Shown here piece after piece: positions 8,765 to 19,500 of a stretch of 64,000 bases of DNA (positions are counted from its first letter, which is position 1; every line of letters starts with the position of its first letter). The notes under the pieces were generated by a model. The model made no database searches. It was not told the origin of the DNA and was given only the letters and a program-made list of their open reading frames with translations. The DNA is from Alphaproteobacteria bacterium. GTDB taxonomy: Bacteria > Pseudomonadota > Alphaproteobacteria > UBA9655. Both the position numbers and the translations under genes were made by a program. The stretch spans positions 37,543 to 101,542 of the forward strand of contig JAIEOZ010000074.1 in the NCBI GenBank assembly GCA_019750035.1, read 5' to 3'.

Positions 8765-10831
8765 TTACAGTCCAATTCCTGTTTCTTGATTAAGTTGTTT
8801 TTTTCTTTTTTCTTCAACAATGTCAGGCATTTGATTTTCACTAAACATTTTATCTCTCATATTATTCATATTTCCTAAGATTTGTTTCTTATCATCTGTT
8901 ACTTCAGGTTTTGACTGAACACTTTTGATAGCTTGCATTTCAGCAGAACCTCCTATTTCTTGATTAGCAACTTTTGTAGCTTGTTGCTTCTGAGAAGTTT
9001 CAGCCCAAATTTGCTTCATGCTTTTAGCTTTACCACTCTGAAAACCTGTTGAATCTTCACCAAACTGAACATCAAGTGGTTTTGTTCCATACTCTGATTG
9101 CATCTTTTGGTCTGCTCTCATAATAATGGCTTGAAGTTCAGGAGAATAATCTTTGAATTTTGCAGGTTGCTTAACATTATTCAAATTAATTTTATTTTCT
9201 GGCTTTTTCTCTTGAAATGGGTCATTAGGTCTTACTGTAGTTGCTGAACCAATGGATTTATCCTTAAGCTCATGTTTCCAAGTTTCACCTAACTCATTAG
9301 ATTTAAAATCTCTGAAAGAATTTTGTGTTCTTTCTTTTTCCATATCACTGACAGTAGTTTTTAATCCTTTATTATGTTCATAAGCAGGTTTAACTTCTTT
9401 ATTGCCAAAATTGTAATCTTTATCATTTGATTTTTCCATCATCTTGAAATAATTCTTTTCAAAATTTGACTCAAGTTTGTTAGCAATTCTGCTCTCTTTG
9501 TTGTCAGTAATTGTTTCACCTTTATAGATTTTTCTTTCTTTATCAAACTCTTTATAAGCATTCAACCACTCAAGTTTTTCTTCAGCAGAAATAGGATTTA
9601 ATTTCACAGATTTTTTTGCTTCAACACTAGCATTAGTATTTGAAATTGTTTCCATACCCAAGCGGTTATTATTAGCTTTATCTCTTAAATTGAAATCAAT
9701 TTTTTCAAAAGATTGTTTTTTATCAACCATAGAAACTGCTTCAGGATTGAATTTTTCAGTGAATTCAAGTTCTGATTTATGTTTTGTTTGCATAAACATT
9801 TTTGAATTACCATAAGCAGCATCGTTTAATTCCTTCTCGTTGGACTTGCCTTGTGATTCTTCTCTTAACTGATTACCTGTTTTTGTAGTTAAGTGAGATA
9901 AAGCACCATTCGCAGAATGTTCATAATAATTATTTAATTTTTCAGGTTTACGGTTATCAAAGAAATCAACTGAAGCTTTACCATGACTCATTTCTTCATG
10001 GATATTATTTTCTTTCTCTGCCATGTGTTTATGCATACCATTAGGATTGATACGGTCGTCAGTTTTGGCAATTGTTGACCACTTCTCCACATTACTTTCA
10101 ACCACAAAATCAGGCTCAACCTTCTGTGGCTGTTTTTCCTTTTCGAGAATCTCTTGGAATACTGAAGAGGACACACCTGCCTCTCTCATCATTGCAGCAT
10201 TAACTACACCTGGTTGCACCTGGTCAGCTTCTGCAACCTCTTGTGGTGCTTCTGGAGTGGGTTCTACCTGTGCAATAGTAGGTTTAACTGCACCTTTAGA
10301 TTTGTTGCCAAATGGGTTTACTCGTGCTGTTTTAGGTGCTTCTTGACTGTTCATGTTCTGGAAGATTGAAGAAGATTTTTCTGCTTCAGCAAACATTTCA
10401 GCAGTCACACTATCTTGTGTATTTTGAGAATTAGTATCTCTAAATAAAGAATTCACTTTACTTATATTGGCTTTAGCTTTTTCTTTAGAATCATCAACAT
10501 TAGACACTGATTTACCAAAGCGAAGTTTATTATTCACTTCAGCAATATTTTGTTGAACTACTTGTTTATTAAAATCAGTAGCAACTTCTTTTGGTGCAGG
10601 TATATTTCCTTCGTCATTTTCAATTGCATAAAATTCGTCAGAAAATGGATTAAGATTTTCCTCTTTCTCTACTGCTTGAACAACTGGTGATTGAACAGGT
10701 GCAACTTCTTTTTTTGCAATCTCATTTTCAAAGTCTTGTTCTTTAACCTCATAATCAGAAAATGGGTCAAAGTTTATATCTTCATTATTTTCCTGATTTA
10801 ACTCTTTCTTTTTATTTATAGAAAAATCCAT
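8765..10831 (-). CDS. large low-complexity charged protein with repeated [DN]PF[SGQ] motifs
   Basis: 688 aa. Contains FDPFSD, LNPFSD, VNPFGN and NDPFQE. RBS AAGGAG. No catalytic motif recognised. Confidence 0.6.
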   Translation of the reverse strand: MDFSINKKKELNQENNEDINFDPFSDYEVKEQDFENEIAKKEVAPVQSPVVQAVEKEENLNPFSDEFYAIENDEGNIPAPKEVATDFNKQVVQQNIAEVNNKLRFGKSVSNVDDSKEKAKANISKVNSLFRDTNSQNTQDSVTAEMFAEAEKSSSIFQNMNSQEAPKTARVNPFGNKSKGAVKPTIAQVEPTPEAPQEVAEADQVQPGVVNAAMMREAGVSSSVFQEILEKEKQPQKVEPDFVVESNVEKWSTIAKTDDRINPNGMHKHMAEKENNIHEEMSHGKASVDFFDNRKPEKLNNYYEHSANGALSHLTTKTGNQLREESQGKSNEKELNDAAYGNSKMFMQTKHKSELEFTEKFNPEAVSMVDKKQSFEKIDFNLRDKANNNRLGMETISNTNASVEAKKSVKLNPISAEEKLEWLNAYKEFDKERKIYKGETITDNKESRIANKLESNFEKNYFKMMEKSNDKDYNFGNKEVKPAYEHNKGLKTTVSDMEKERTQNSFRDFKSNELGETWKHELKDKSIGSATTVRPNDPFQEKKPENKINLNNVKQPAKFKDYSPELQAIIMRADQKMQSEYGTKPLDVQFGEDSTGFQSGKAKSMKQIWAETSQKQQATKVANQEIGGSAEMQAIKSVQSKPEVTDDKKQILGNMNNMRDKMFSENQMPDIVEEKRKKQLNQETGIGL

Positions 10832-10904
10832 AGTATTCTCCTTTTTAAGTAACTATGGATTTATCATACAAAAATAATAAATTTAATCAATGTTTTATGG
10901 ATAT

Positions 10905-13352
10905 CTATTTACCTTCTTTTGCTAAAGATAAAGTATTTTCTTTATTTTCAAATCTTTTTGCAAGTTGTTCTCTTTTATGATTTTCAAACTTTGATTTACT
11001 TGTTGTTATATTTTTATATGGAGTAGCCATTGATTGAGCCATTCCTATTAACATTGAAATTCCATGAGAATCAAAAATAGTTTCTAGCACTTTATCTTTT
11101 ATAGCATCACCAAAAACTTCTTCAGCATCTTCAACATCCATTAAATTATAAATATGTTTATTTACTTCAGTTTTTTTATTGAATTCAAACACTTCTAATT
11201 CTTCGTCTGTTGGTTCACCTTCAATATTTGAAACTAGAGCCACTTCACCATTATTTCTTTTAAGTTCAGCAATTTTTGTTTCTGCTGCCAATTCTTCTTT
11301 CTTAAGAATTTCCTCTTCTCTTTTAGAATTCATTTCTCTAAGTTTTAAAGCAATTCTACTTTTATCGTCATACTTGAATATGTTTGAAGGTCTAATATGA
11401 ATTGGATAATTATCTTTTCTTGGTTTCAAATTAGCCCAAGGTTTTTCAAGAATAAATGCATCACCTGTAAAAGAAGGCTTGTAATAATAGCGAATTCCTA
11501 CATTGTCATTTCTTTCTAACATAGATGAAAGTTGTGCAGGTATAAGAACTTTCTCTGTATGTGTTTGCCAATTTCCTGATTTATTTACTCCATCAGCTTG
11601 GTAACTTATAGACTCATGCCACTTATCAACATCTCTATCACCTAAACGGTCACAGATAGTTTGTAAAGTTTCTCCATTAGCTCCACAACATACAAAATTA
11701 CAAGTAGTTCCTAACCAACCATTCACATCTTCTTTTGTGTAGTGTTTCCATAATTGATTAATGTCCTGAACTGCAATGTATGCAGCCCAACCTTTTGAAC
11801 GACCTCTATCAATCAACTTGTCAAGAATTGGCATATTGCTTTGATTTACCAATTTTCCAGGTGCATGGAATTCGTCCATGATAAATGTGCCAATTGGTTT
11901 GTCAGGGTCAGCAATTACTCTTGAACTATCAATAAATGTAATTAAATAAGAAAGAATTAAACTTATAAATGGTTTTGAAATTGTTTCTACTTCAGCATTT
12001 GGATAAAGAAAAAGAACCTTAACTTCATAGTCTGGGTCTGTCATGAATTTTTCTAAAGATATTTTTCTGGCTTTAGGATTTAGAGCAAGGAATTTAGCAA
12101 CACCATTGAACATTTCAGACTTAGCAAACATATTTATCATAATGCCGGCTGTTGTCACATTCTGTTGAAGTGTTCCATCTGCTTGTAATTCACCAACCAA
12201 TCTTCTTGCTTCTGGATAGACTTCAAAAATGGCATAAGCAATATCTGCATTACTTGCCAAAAGAAGTTGAGCCATATCTACAATTCCTGCATCTGTTGTT
12301 CCGTTCTCTCTTCTAAATGCTTCTTGTAAATAGACAATCAAACCTCTTGCAACTGCTTGTGCTGCATCTGTCCACATAGAACCATTACCTGCACCATCGG
12401 GTGGAATTAAACCTGCCACAACTGCTGAAAGAAGTCCAGGTCCGTCTATATCATTAAAAATATCGGGAATACTAGATAACATGTCAGTGAAATCAATCAG
12501 TGCATGTGAAGGGTTGTTTGGGTCAAAGAATGCATTGGCAAACTCTCGTTTAGGGTCAAATATGACTGTTCTTAAACAAGTGGCCATAGAAGCTCTAATG
12601 TGAGATTCCAACCACTGAGATTTACCTGAACCTGTTGTTCCAAAAATTACTGTGTGAGTTCTTCTATCGTTTTCACCATAATGCAAATGGTGAGAGATAC
12701 GGGCAAACTGTGCATACTCGCCATGTTTAGAAGAACGCTTTTTAAATAAATCTTCAAGTATTAATTCAGCATCAGCTAATTGATGAACCATTGCACCTCT
12801 TCTATGAACTATTTGTTCAGGATTAATCTTTAAACTCATTCCATATTTAAAGCCTTTATATGTTGCATAAGGTGCTGCCAACATTCCGAGCATGATTCTG
12901 ATAGCTAGAGCATTGGAATATGTTTCGCCAAATTGTTCTTTTAATTTATGCATATAAGCAAAGTAATGGTCTACTTTGCTTGGAAAGAAAAACGGAAGAA
13001 TTTTATTTATAAAGATAGTTACCCAATCAATCAAATGTTCAAAGTAGTTATCTGAAATTCCACCTGCAATCCAAGGTAAAGGTCTAGGAAAGATTGAGAC
13101 GTTAACTAACCACAATAAAGCAGTTAAACCAACAAATGCTGCTATTCCCATTCCTACCGTATAAAGTGCCACATCATCTATATAGACAACAAGTTTTGAA
13201 CCATCAGGCATTGCAGCCTTACTTGAGCGAAAACGATATAAAACCGGCTTCTTCTTTTGAGTCTGTACATTGATTTCATCATTCTTCTGATTCTTACCTG
13301 CTAGTGAATCAATAAGTGAATACACCTTTTGTATTTTTGTTCTATCTGCCAT
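10905..13352 (-). CDS. VirD4/TraG-family type IV coupling protein
   Basis: 815 aa. N-terminal TM helices. Walker A VIFGTTGSGKSQ. Walker B FIMDEFHAPG. RGRSKGWAAYIAVQDINQL block. Confidence 0.8.
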   Translation of the reverse strand: MADRTKIQKVYSLIDSLAGKNQKNDEINVQTQKKKPVLYRFRSSKAAMPDGSKLVVYIDDVALYTVGMGIAAFVGLTALLWLVNVSIFPRPLPWIAGGISDNYFEHLIDWVTIFINKILPFFFPSKVDHYFAYMHKLKEQFGETYSNALAIRIMLGMLAAPYATYKGFKYGMSLKINPEQIVHRRGAMVHQLADAELILEDLFKKRSSKHGEYAQFARISHHLHYGENDRRTHTVIFGTTGSGKSQWLESHIRASMATCLRTVIFDPKREFANAFFDPNNPSHALIDFTDMLSSIPDIFNDIDGPGLLSAVVAGLIPPDGAGNGSMWTDAAQAVARGLIVYLQEAFRRENGTTDAGIVDMAQLLLASNADIAYAIFEVYPEARRLVGELQADGTLQQNVTTAGIMINMFAKSEMFNGVAKFLALNPKARKISLEKFMTDPDYEVKVLFLYPNAEVETISKPFISLILSYLITFIDSSRVIADPDKPIGTFIMDEFHAPGKLVNQSNMPILDKLIDRGRSKGWAAYIAVQDINQLWKHYTKEDVNGWLGTTCNFVCCGANGETLQTICDRLGDRDVDKWHESISYQADGVNKSGNWQTHTEKVLIPAQLSSMLERNDNVGIRYYYKPSFTGDAFILEKPWANLKPRKDNYPIHIRPSNIFKYDDKSRIALKLREMNSKREEEILKKEELAAETKIAELKRNNGEVALVSNIEGEPTDEELEVFEFNKKTEVNKHIYNLMDVEDAEEVFGDAIKDKVLETIFDSHGISMLIGMAQSMATPYKNITTSKSKFENHKREQLAKRFENKENTLSLAKEGK

Positions 13353-13397
13353 ATAAACATCCTCTTATTATTATTGTTTTATTAGGATGAATATTTA

Positions 13398-13643
13398 TTA
13401 GATTAAGCCACTGGTCAAGAAATAGACAACACCAACTGACGCAGCAAAAACTACTCCACCAAAGTTATCTACTGCTTTTCCGAATAATTTTGATAATTTT
13501 GATTTAACGGGAGTTGAGTGATTTACTTCTTCATATCCGTCTAAAAGCAATCCATTATTTTCTTCCATATTTTTTTGGTAAGCCAAAAGTGCAATTGTTG
13601 CTTCTTCGTCTGTTACTATTTTTTTGATTTCGTTTGTGCTCAT
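13398..13643 (-). CDS. small protein with C-terminal TM helix
   Basis: The track ORF is 13398-13655. I prefer the ATG at 13643, which has GGAGA 5 nt upstream. Promoter at 13675-13702. Confidence 0.5.
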   Translation of the reverse strand: MSTNEIKKIVTDEEATIALLAYQKNMEENNGLLLDGYEEVNHSTPVKSKLSKLFGKAVDNFGGVVFAASVGVVYFLTSGLI

Positions 13644-13674
13644 GATTTTCTCCATTCATTTAGTTTATATTTAC

Positions 13675-13702
13675 ATCCTATGATATTGATTTATGTTGTC
13701 AA
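13675..13702 (-). promoter_or_regulatory. sigma-70-type promoter
   Basis: TTGACA-N16-TAGGAT. TCGATATC at 13728-13735 upstream. Confidence 0.55.
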
Positions 13703-13740
13703 TCAAACACTCTTAATTCGATATCTTTGAACATAAAAAA

Positions 13741-13757
13741 AGCCACTTTAAGTGGCT
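13741..13757 (-). terminator. intrinsic terminator
   Basis: AGCCACT-tta-AGTGGCT with a T run on the minus strand. Confidence 0.65.
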
Positions 13758-14140
13758 TTTTTATTGAATGAATAAAGGTTTTCTATTCTGCTTTTTACTC
13801 TTTCATATTTTCTACCACTCTTTGATAAAAATTTACTTTTCACATAATAGAAAACTTCTGACTTAAAGCAGTTATTGAATCTCTGAAATTCTTCAATCAA
13901 AAATGTATCAAAAACAAAATTGAAAACTTCACTGCCTTCATCAAATATTTTAATCTCATGTTGAGGAAAAACTATGTCAATTATTTCCAAGTTTGTATCT
14001 TCATAAAGTTTCACTTTTGTAATTATTGCTTTCATTTTTAATGAAGTCACTTTTTTATTAAAATAAACTATATAACTAGAAAATGCTTTTTCCTCCAATA
14101 TTTCAAAGACTACTTTTTCAATAGGTGTTTTAATTTCCAT
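13748..14140 (-). CDS. hypothetical protein
   Basis: 130-aa ORF. Its stop codon lies in the loop of the terminator at 13741-13757. Confidence 0.5.
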   Translation of the reverse strand: MEIKTPIEKVVFEILEEKAFSSYIVYFNKKVTSLKMKAIITKVKLYEDTNLEIIDIVFPQHEIKIFDEGSEVFNFVFDTFLIEEFQRFNNCFKSEVFYYVKSKFLSKSGRKYERVKSRIENLYSFNKKAT

Positions 14141-14351
14141 TTAATACCTCTTGTTTGTGAAATGTTTTTGCCATAATGACAGATAACAACATGACTCCAC
14201 AACCTAGACCAGAATGAAAATTAAATGAGAACATCAATATTCCAACTGTAAAAAGCAAAACAACTAATGCAGGCTTGAAATAATCTTCTTTCTTTATTTC
14301 TCTGAATTTAACAACTTCAAACATATTATTTCTATTTTCTAATTTTTTCAT
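14130..14351 (-). CDS. small membrane protein
   Basis: 73 aa with two hydrophobic helices. Overlaps the next gene by 11 nt. Confidence 0.45.
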   Translation of the reverse strand: MKKLENRNNMFEVVKFREIKKEDYFKPALVVLLFTVGILMFSFNFHSGLGCGVMLLSVIMAKTFHKQEVLNGN

Positions 14352-14353
14352 AA

Positions 14354-14665
14354 TTATTTTCCTTTCGCGTCAAATACGATTTTTGAACAAATAAAATTTC
14401 CACAAATTGTAGTATTTAAGATTTCTTCATTTTCTTTTAAAACCTCATGGACTTCTTTTATCAAACCGTTTAATGTATCTGAAGATTTTATTACTTTCAT
14501 ATTTAATGAAGGAAAGTATTTCCCAAGCTTTCTTAAAATAACATTTCCATTGTCTTTATATTTCATTAAATAATAAATTGTTTGTACTTCAGAATTAATT
14601 GAAACAATTCCATAGCCAACTTTTTTCAAAAGCTCATTGTGTTTTTCAAAATCTATATTTTTCAT
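14354..14665 (-). CDS. hypothetical protein
   Basis: 103 aa. First gene after the iteron region. Degenerate cassette promoter at 14698-14731. Confidence 0.5.
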   Translation of the reverse strand: MKNIDFEKHNELLKKVGYGIVSINSEVQTIYYLMKYKDNGNVILRKLGKYFPSLNMKVIKSSDTLNGLIKEVHEVLKENEEILNTTICGNFICSKIVFDAKGK

Positions 14666-14697
14666 AGTATTTACCTTCTTAATTTATGTATATATAA

Positions 14698-14731
14698 GTT
14701 ATACAATATTTAGAAGTAAACACAATAGTCA
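14698..14731 (-). promoter_or_regulatory. cassette promoter box (degenerate copy)
   Basis: TTGTGT-N16-TATAAC, with GGATATC upstream. Confidence 0.45.
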
Positions 14732-14776
14732 ACCAAAATAATGGATATCTTTGTTTAAAATTCACTCTAGTCATTT

Positions 14777-15090
14777 GTCAAGGGTGACTAGGGTTGTCAA
14801 GGGTGGATTTTTTTCACCCTTGACACTGGAAACCCTTATAAACAAAGGCTTTATAAAGTTTGTCAAGGGTGACTAGGGTAAAAATGAATATTTAGGAGTA
14901 CAAAAATCTTTTTTCTATTTATTTATGTATTTCACTAATTACTTTAAACAGTACACACTGAGTGTTTGTAAATTTTGCTAGTTCACCCTAGTCACCCTAG
15001 ACACTTATTGATTAAGTCAATGAAATCAATGCTTTCTACTGTCAAGGGTGGACTTTTTTCACCCTTGACAACTCTAGACAACCCTAGACA
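14777..15090. repeat. iteron/palindrome cluster (possible oriV, centromere or operator array)
   Basis: GTCAAGGGTG at 14777, 14796, 14862 and 15041. Two 29-bp palindromes, GTCAAGGGTG-N9-CACCCTTGAC, at 14796-14824 and 15041-15069. ACTAGGGT/ACCCTAG units and CTAGACAA x2. AT-rich core at 14880-14960. Confidence 0.7.
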
Positions 15091-15106
15091 AATAGACGAA
15101 AAAAAA

Positions 15107-15120
15107 GCTCCTTTTGGAGC
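15107..15120 (-). terminator. intrinsic terminator after the TA operon
   Basis: GCTCC-tttt-GGAGC followed by T8 on the minus strand. Confidence 0.7.
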
Positions 15121-15128
15121 TAATTTGT

Positions 15129-15458
15129 TTATTGACTGAGTAATCTTCTCATTAAATGTGTTCGGAAATCTCTCATACTTGGAATAAACATTCGTATGTA
15201 AATGTTTTCTTCATTAAAGGAATAGACCATATAAACATTCTTATGGTGATATTTCTTAAAATTTACAAAACCTGTTCCATCAAGTTCCACAATTTTTGAA
15301 CCTATTAATGGATTTTTAGAAATAAACTTTACTATTTCATTCCATTCATTATTTATATTATTCCAATCAAGAACACTAAATTTATTTACAACATAAGATT
15401 GAATTTCTTTGTAATCACCTTTTGAGAATTTAAGAAATTTAATTTTTCTTGTTGTCAT
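15129..15458 (-). CDS. RelE/ParE-family type II toxin
   Basis: 109 aa. Its start makes a 4-nt ATGA overlap with the upstream antitoxin gene. Size and the C-terminal pattern (YMVYSF..IYIRMFIPSMRD) fit RelE/ParE. Confidence 0.65.
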   Translation of the reverse strand: MTTRKIKFLKFSKGDYKEIQSYVVNKFSVLDWNNINNEWNEIVKFISKNPLIGSKIVELDGTGFVNFKKYHHKNVYMVYSFNEENIYIRMFIPSMRDFRTHLMRRLLSQ

Positions 15459-15721
15459 TCTTCAATCCTCATTTCAGCAAAGAATGATTCAGCATCTTGA
15501 AATTCACCTTTTTCAATTTCTTTGTTTCCAATTGCAATTAATTTAAGAAGGGCAAAAGTTTCTTGTTGCTTTTCATATTCGTGAATATCCATCACAACCA
15601 TTTTTGCTTCACCATTCTGAGTAATTATTAGAGTCTCAGGATTGACCTCAAAGTTTTTAATAATGTCTGCTGCATTCTGTTTAAGATAAGAAATTGGCTT
15701 GATTTGTTCGGCTAGGGACAT
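15455..15721 (-). CDS. Phd/YefM-family antitoxin
   Basis: MSLAEQIKPISYLKQNAADIIKN..ETLIITQNGEAKMVVMDIHEYE fits the Phd/YefM N-domain. Start moved to 15721, which is preceded by AAGGAG (the track ORF starts at 15748). Confidence 0.75.
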   Translation of the reverse strand: MSLAEQIKPISYLKQNAADIIKNFEVNPETLIITQNGEAKMVVMDIHEYEKQQETFALLKLIAIGNKEIEKGEFQDAESFFAEMRIEE

Positions 15722-15797
15722 GATAGCTCCTTGGTTGCAGTGGTACAAATATAGTCTAAATTTGTATTGATGTCCATCTGTTTTTTTGGTGGTGAAG

Positions 15798-15990
15798 TTG
15801 CTTAAAAATACAGCAAATGCTCAGTAAGGCACTTTAAACGCCCTACAGCCAAAAAACCTGCTCTGTAGTACCTAACCCATAGCCAAGTCATTTTTGTGAG
15901 CTTCTAGGTGTGTTTCTGATGGTCATTTTTTCAGCAAAACAACTCAAAAATTTGGCTCTACCTGGTGCGATACCTGGAACAACACACCAT
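15798..15990 (-). repeat. structured repeat, copy 1 (inverted relative to copies 2 and 3)
   Basis: The reverse complement shares the blocks TTGCTGAAAAA, GACCaTCAGAAA, CCTAGAAGCTC, GCGTTTAAAGT and TTTTTAAGCAA with copy 2. Followed by ACCTGG-N6-ACCTGGAAC. Confidence 0.7.
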
Positions 15991-16017
15991 GAAAAAAAGC
16001 CCATATAGGCTTTTGTT

Positions 16018-16359
16018 TTACTTCTCTTCAGGTTCGTCATAGATACCTTCACAGTCAAGCATTATGTCTTCCTCTAGGGTGTTCATCATGCTGTAGGACA
16101 CATAGAACCTCATCTTGCACCAACACTCTGTATCTGCTTGAGTCTTCTGAAACTTCGCATACATACAGTTTAGACAAGAAAGTTTTTGTGGTGGCTGTGG
16201 CTCTTCATAAGGTATGTTGTTGATGACTCTACTTGTTGAAACTACTCTGATTACTTTACCTTCTTCATCTTTTAAGACTTCAGGTTTTTTATTTTCTTCT
16301 TCATTAGCAAGTTCATTTATTAAATCAGCTTCATTTTTCTTATTGTTTATTTTTGGCAT
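16018..16359 (-). CDS. hypothetical Cys-rich protein
   Basis: 113 aa. CLNC..ECWC..C pattern. Function unknown. Confidence 0.5.
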   Translation of the reverse strand: MPKINNKKNEADLINELANEEENKKPEVLKDEEGKVIRVVSTSRVINNIPYEEPQPPQKLSCLNCMYAKFQKTQADTECWCKMRFYVSYSMMNTLEEDIMLDCEGIYDEPEEK

Positions 16360-16513
16360 ATATTTTCCTTTAGTTTTAATTATTATATGAAAATGCCAAA
16401 GATAATCAATAGAATGCTTTGACTTTAAGAAACAAATAATTTATTCATTATTTGTTTTCATATATTATTCTAGTTATAGTTAAGCAATCCATAGAAATAT
16501 TGGAAATAAAAAG

Positions 16514-16527
16514 CCACTTTTCAGTGG
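16514..16527 (-). terminator. intrinsic terminator after the relaxase gene
   Basis: CCACT-tttc-AGTGG with a T run. Confidence 0.6.
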
Positions 16528-16544
16528 TTTTTATTTTGTCTTCA

Positions 16545-19500
16545 TTACATTGATAAGCCATCGTCTTTTTGAATTTGTTTTTTCTTTTTATTTTGTTCAA
16601 ATGGATTAAGTTTGACTTCAACATTTTTCTTAACTTCAGGTTTTGTAATCTCAACAGCTTTTTCAACTTGTTTAGTTTTCTTAATTGAATGAACAGGCAA
16701 TTCCTGAGTAGCAACCTGTTTCTTAATTGCTTCTGGAATTTCAATTTTGTTAGAAGCTTTTTTAATTTTATCTGACAACATTGCAGCAATACCAGAATTT
16801 AAGAATGCTCCATTTTTCTCTAAACCTCTGCATCTTGCATTCAACTCTTCAGCAACTTCAACTGTTCTTTTTAAACTATCAACTTCAGGATTCATTTCTT
16901 TAGATACATATCTTTTATACATATCAATTAAATCTTCCTTACCGTTCTCTCTCATGAATTCACCTTTGATTTTCATGTATTCACTTTCAACACCATAAAG
17001 TTTGCAAAATAATTTATTACGAGTAACAAATACATTGAAAATTTCTTGGCAATTAATATTGGAACTCTCCATATTTCCATAAATAGAGTTTAAGGAACAT
17101 CCTTGAGATTTATTTATTGACATTGCATAACCTAATCTTGTAGTGGCTAAGTCTTCAATAATTTTCTCTTTACCGTTGTCAAAGGAAACAACTAAAGCAC
17201 CATTTACGATTGCCTTAACCATTCCTATATCTCCATTGGAATACTGTTCTTTATTGTTGTTTTCTTCAAGAATAACTCTATCGCCAACATAAAATCTTTC
17301 TTTATTATTCTCAACATAATCACCTGCTATTTCACCACGAATCAATCTTTTGTCTTGTGCAATATTATTTAAGCGGTCAATAGTTCCATTCAAAGAAGTA
17401 AGCATGGCTTTCTCTTTAAATTTATTCATATCATTAAGATAGTCTTCAACTAATTTTTCATGTTTCTCAACAGAAGTAGTAAATTTCTCTACTCTTCCTT
17501 CAACTTCCATAATGTCAAGTCCACCAGTCTTTTGTTCATTAGAGATATGAGAACCTTCTTTTTTAATGGCATTAACAACTTCATCACCTTCACGATAGAC
17601 ACTAGAAAGTGAAGTAGCTTTAGCAACCTTCAATCCAACTTCATCATTTTTTTGTCTTCTGATTTCTGTTAAATATTTAATATTAGGTTGAATAGTTTCT
17701 TCTTTAGCAAAAGCTTTTAATGTATTACCTGCTGCTACTGAAGCTATTTGGTTATGGTCGCCTAAAGCTACAATTTTTGCACCATTAAGATTCTTCAATA
17801 AATTATTCCAATGCTTTGTTCCAACCATAGAACTTTCATCTAAAAATAAAATATCGTTAGGTGTAAGTTTTGTTTTACCTGCTTCAATATCAAGAAGAAG
17901 TTTATCTAAGGTGTATGCATGATTGACTGAAGTTTCATCATTTAATGCACCTTTCACTTTTCCCATTATTGCAATACCAAAGGTTCTATAACCATAAGCA
18001 TTTCCTATATCAGTGGCTTTTGAAACTGCAAAAGTTTTTCCTGCTCCTGGTACACCAATAGCAATTGTTGCTTGTTTAGGGTCAAAAATAGCTCTAATAA
18101 AATCGAGTTGTTCTTGTTCAGGTTTTTTACCTTCAGGAGAATTATCAAGAATTCCTTGGATTTCAAAATCTATTCTGTTATGAACTCTAGATTTCCATGT
18201 GCTATTACATGCCTTACTCATTAATTGGACATTTTCATATTCTTTTTCCATTAATTCAAAGGTAGTGAAATTTTCTTGTCCTTTTTCATTCGCACCTGTT
18301 GATACGATTAAACCTTTATCTTTCCATTCCTGAAGTTTTGCTTTTGCCAAATCTTGTGCTTTAGCTCCAAGTCCTAAAGATTGGTCAAGCTGAATAATTA
18401 ATTGGCTTTCACTAAAAAATGGTGAATTATTAGTTAGTGTATTTATTATTTCTTGTTCTTTTTTAGGAACAAATTTAATTCCAACTTTACTTAATTCTTT
18501 TTTCTTCAAATTCATTTCAGAAGCTGTAGCTTGAATATCTAAATCTTTAAATGCTTTTGCTTTTGTTTCTTTAGGTGCTTTTATCATTCCCCAAACATAT
18601 TGTTTATGCTTGTTAGATTCTAAATCTTTTACTTGAATACTGTAGTCCTTATTCAATTGAAATACTTCTGATTGCTTATCTTTTATTTTTGAACTGATTT
18701 CTTTTTTCTGTTCAATAATAAGTTTTCTTTCAGCTACTACTTCATCTCTGTTTTGGTTACTTTTGACACATTTCCATTGATTTTTAAGAACCTCTTTTTC
18801 AACCCATACTTTTTTACCTGTCTTCTCATCGATGACTGGCAGATTAACTTTTACAGGAACTTTTCCAAGGTGAGTAAGTTCAATTTTTTCACCGGCTTGC
18901 ACCTTGCCTGATTGAACTGCTTCTTTAAGTGCCTTACTCCAAAGGGTGTGTTCGTTACCATATTCATCTTTATAAGTAACAAAATAAGAGTCTCTTTTTT
19001 GACCTTCAATTTTTACTTCACCTTCTTTTAATGGCAATTCACCTGCACCATGAGAAAGTAAAACTCCCCATTTTGTATTGGGTTGAACTTGAGATTTAAA
19101 GCTGTCTAAAATTTCTTTTTTGGTGTCAATCTTCGCATCAAGACCTTTGACTTCAATATTTAATTCCTCAACTTCTTTTGTAATCGCTTGTCTTTTGATT
19201 TCTATTTTTTGAAATAAGGACAATTTTTCTTGAGAAATATGGTCATCAATCATTTCCTTTGCTTTGGTAGATTTTCTTATTTTTTCAAGTGATTCATCAT
19301 CAAAAGCAATTCTCCAATCTTTTATTTCTGCACCTAAACTATCAGCTTTTATTGAACGATTTTTTTTGTCATAAGCTTCAATAGCCCATTCATCACCAAA
19401 AGCTTCAGACCACAATTGAACAAGTCTTGTTTTTCTCATGGTGTCCAATTTTTTATGGAAATCTCTTTCTTTAATTTCTGGAATTTCAATGGCTCTAAAT

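Noticed and set aside
16448-16789. 113-aa ORF overlapping the relaxase 3' end in another frame.
   Set aside because: It is lysine/leucine low-complexity sequence produced by the A-rich relaxase tail, with no independent start signals.
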